NCBI GenBank assembly: GCA_002269645.1
Contig: NIVC01000889.1
Location: forward strand, 186,001-250,000
Origin: Macrostomum lignano
Lineage: Eukaryota
DNA length: 64,000 nt
Reading direction: 5' to 3'
Shown here: in pieces, positions 62,737-64,000 of the stretch
Layout of the letters: each line of letters starts with the position of its first letter
Numbering within the stretch: position 1 is the first letter of the stretch
The notes under the pieces: generated by a model
What the model was told of the DNA's origin: nothing
Databases searched by the model: none
The model's input: only the letters and a program-made list of their open reading frames with translations
Program-made: the position numbers and the translations under genes

Positions 62737-63821
62737 CTATTCGACATTTCTGGCAAAGTGGAACCAGCAATTCGAGCCGTCGTAGGCGCCGAGCTCTTGA
62801 GTGACCTTGGCCAGCCTCTCGTGCTCCTTCTCAAGCCAGTCGATCTCCTGCATGACGCTATCCTGCTCCAGCTGGTAGCGACTCACCAGTTCCGAGACCT
62901 GGCGGAGCTGCTCACTCTCCGTGACGCCGCCGCCGCCGCTGCCGCTGCCGCCACCGCTCGTGGCGTTGCGCAAAAGCGCCTCAATGCTGGCGTTCAGGGC
63001 GTCCGCTTGTGCGTCAAAGTCGCCATTTTCTGTCGTGGCATCATTGGTTTGGGATTTATTATTAGGGATTCAAGTTTGGAAAATTCAACCGGAAAATAAA
63101 CAAGAGAATGAGACCTGCGGGTCAAAGTTTTAGTCATCCTAGCAACACGCAAAAGACATTAACTAACAGAACGCTCATAATTAATAATTTATAAAAGCTG
63201 CCCCAATCGGGCCAGATGTGCAACCGACAGCTCAGCCGCAGCTATTGCGCGGCGCATCTGAAGGCTGCGTACGGCTGTTCAGTCCAAGGACTGGGGGTCG
63301 CCACACACACCCTCAATTACCTCAGCTAATGCTGGCACCCATTTTACAGCTGGGTGAACTGAAGCAATGCAGAGTTAAGTGTCTTGCTCAAGGACACAAA
63401 TTATTCCGAGTGGGTTAAGAATCGACCTTTCATTCGTGAGTCAAACGCTCAAACCACTAGGCAAAGCCCAGAATGCACCACCAGAAAAAACCTTCCCGAT
63501 AAGATACCAATGGAAAATCTTGTAATATAACAGTAGAAGTTCGACAGCAATAGGACACTCACTGGAAATGTTCACCAATGCTTCGATGTCTTTAGCCAGA
63601 TCGGCGGCACTCCTCTGTAGTAAGCTGGCATTGACTTTCGCTTCGCTAGACAGTTTTGACAGTTGGCCCAGCTTCAAGTCCGTCTCAGCCTGCCTGTCGA
63701 GAATCTGACCCAGCCTGGTCTCCATGTTGTCTAGGGAGTCGGCCACCGACCTCACTTGCTGATAGGCCGACATCGCATCCGACAAATTGGCATTCGAATC
63801 TCTTAGCAGGCTTTCCGAGCG
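62737..63821 (-). CDS. Last two exons of a long coiled-coil extracellular protein, laminin gamma chain-like; gene continues beyond the window
   Basis: Exons 63821-63563 and 63029-62737 (phase 1). Heptad pattern, several N-glycosylation sequons, terminal 'EIDWLEKEHERLAKVTQELGAYDGSNCWFHFARNVE*' with a single Cys and terminal Glu as in laminin gamma tails. Confidence 0.6.
63209..63462 (-). mobile_element. tRNA-derived SINE copy 3, intronic
   Basis: Reverse-complement match to 7251-7530. Confidence 0.85.
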
Positions 63822-64000
63822 CTAAATTTTTTAAACCATAGTAAGGTTAACAATGTTAGTAATAATTTCGGTGAAAACCATTGGTGACATCGTCCCACAA
63901 ACAGCGCTGATGCAATGCTTCCCATTTCACTGACTCATATTACATGTACGTTACAGAGTGAAATACTAAATACTACTCTGCACATTTGCAATAGAAAATT

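Overview
AT-rich eukaryotic genomic DNA with GC-rich exons and GT-AG introns. There are no prokaryotic features. The extreme tetranucleotide-microsatellite load and gene style suggest a free-living flatworm such as Macrostomum, but that is inference only. By hand-splicing I could reconstruct about 13 genes: two rhodopsin-type GPCRs, an SLC22 transporter, a C-type lectin, an LKAAEAR1-like gene, caveolin, PIGV, a calmodulin-like EF-hand gene, a GAS1/GFRalpha-like protein, an ARF-like GTPase, a SUMO-like-domain fragment, an ER-type JmjC protein ending in KDEL, and a laminin-gamma-like 3' end. Mobile DNA includes a 5'-truncated LINE inserted with a 10-bp TSD into an SLC22 coding exon, three CORE/Meta-like tRNA SINEs, a fold-back MITE family, a 3.1-kb CMC/EnSpm-like non-autonomous element, and a LINE 5' half abutting a deleted Gypsy element. 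Almost all long ORFs in the supplied track (TDRQ, SVSQ, LTHS, CLSV) are microsatellite artefacts. The most interesting observations are: (1) the exonic LINE supplies splice signals that could remove it in frame; (2) several introns are little more than splice sites around arrays of splice-signal-like tetramers; (3) a structured LINE 5' UTR has HDV-ribozyme-like topology; (4) caveolin has duplicated alternative first exons; (5) the ARF has Arg at the catalytic Gln position.
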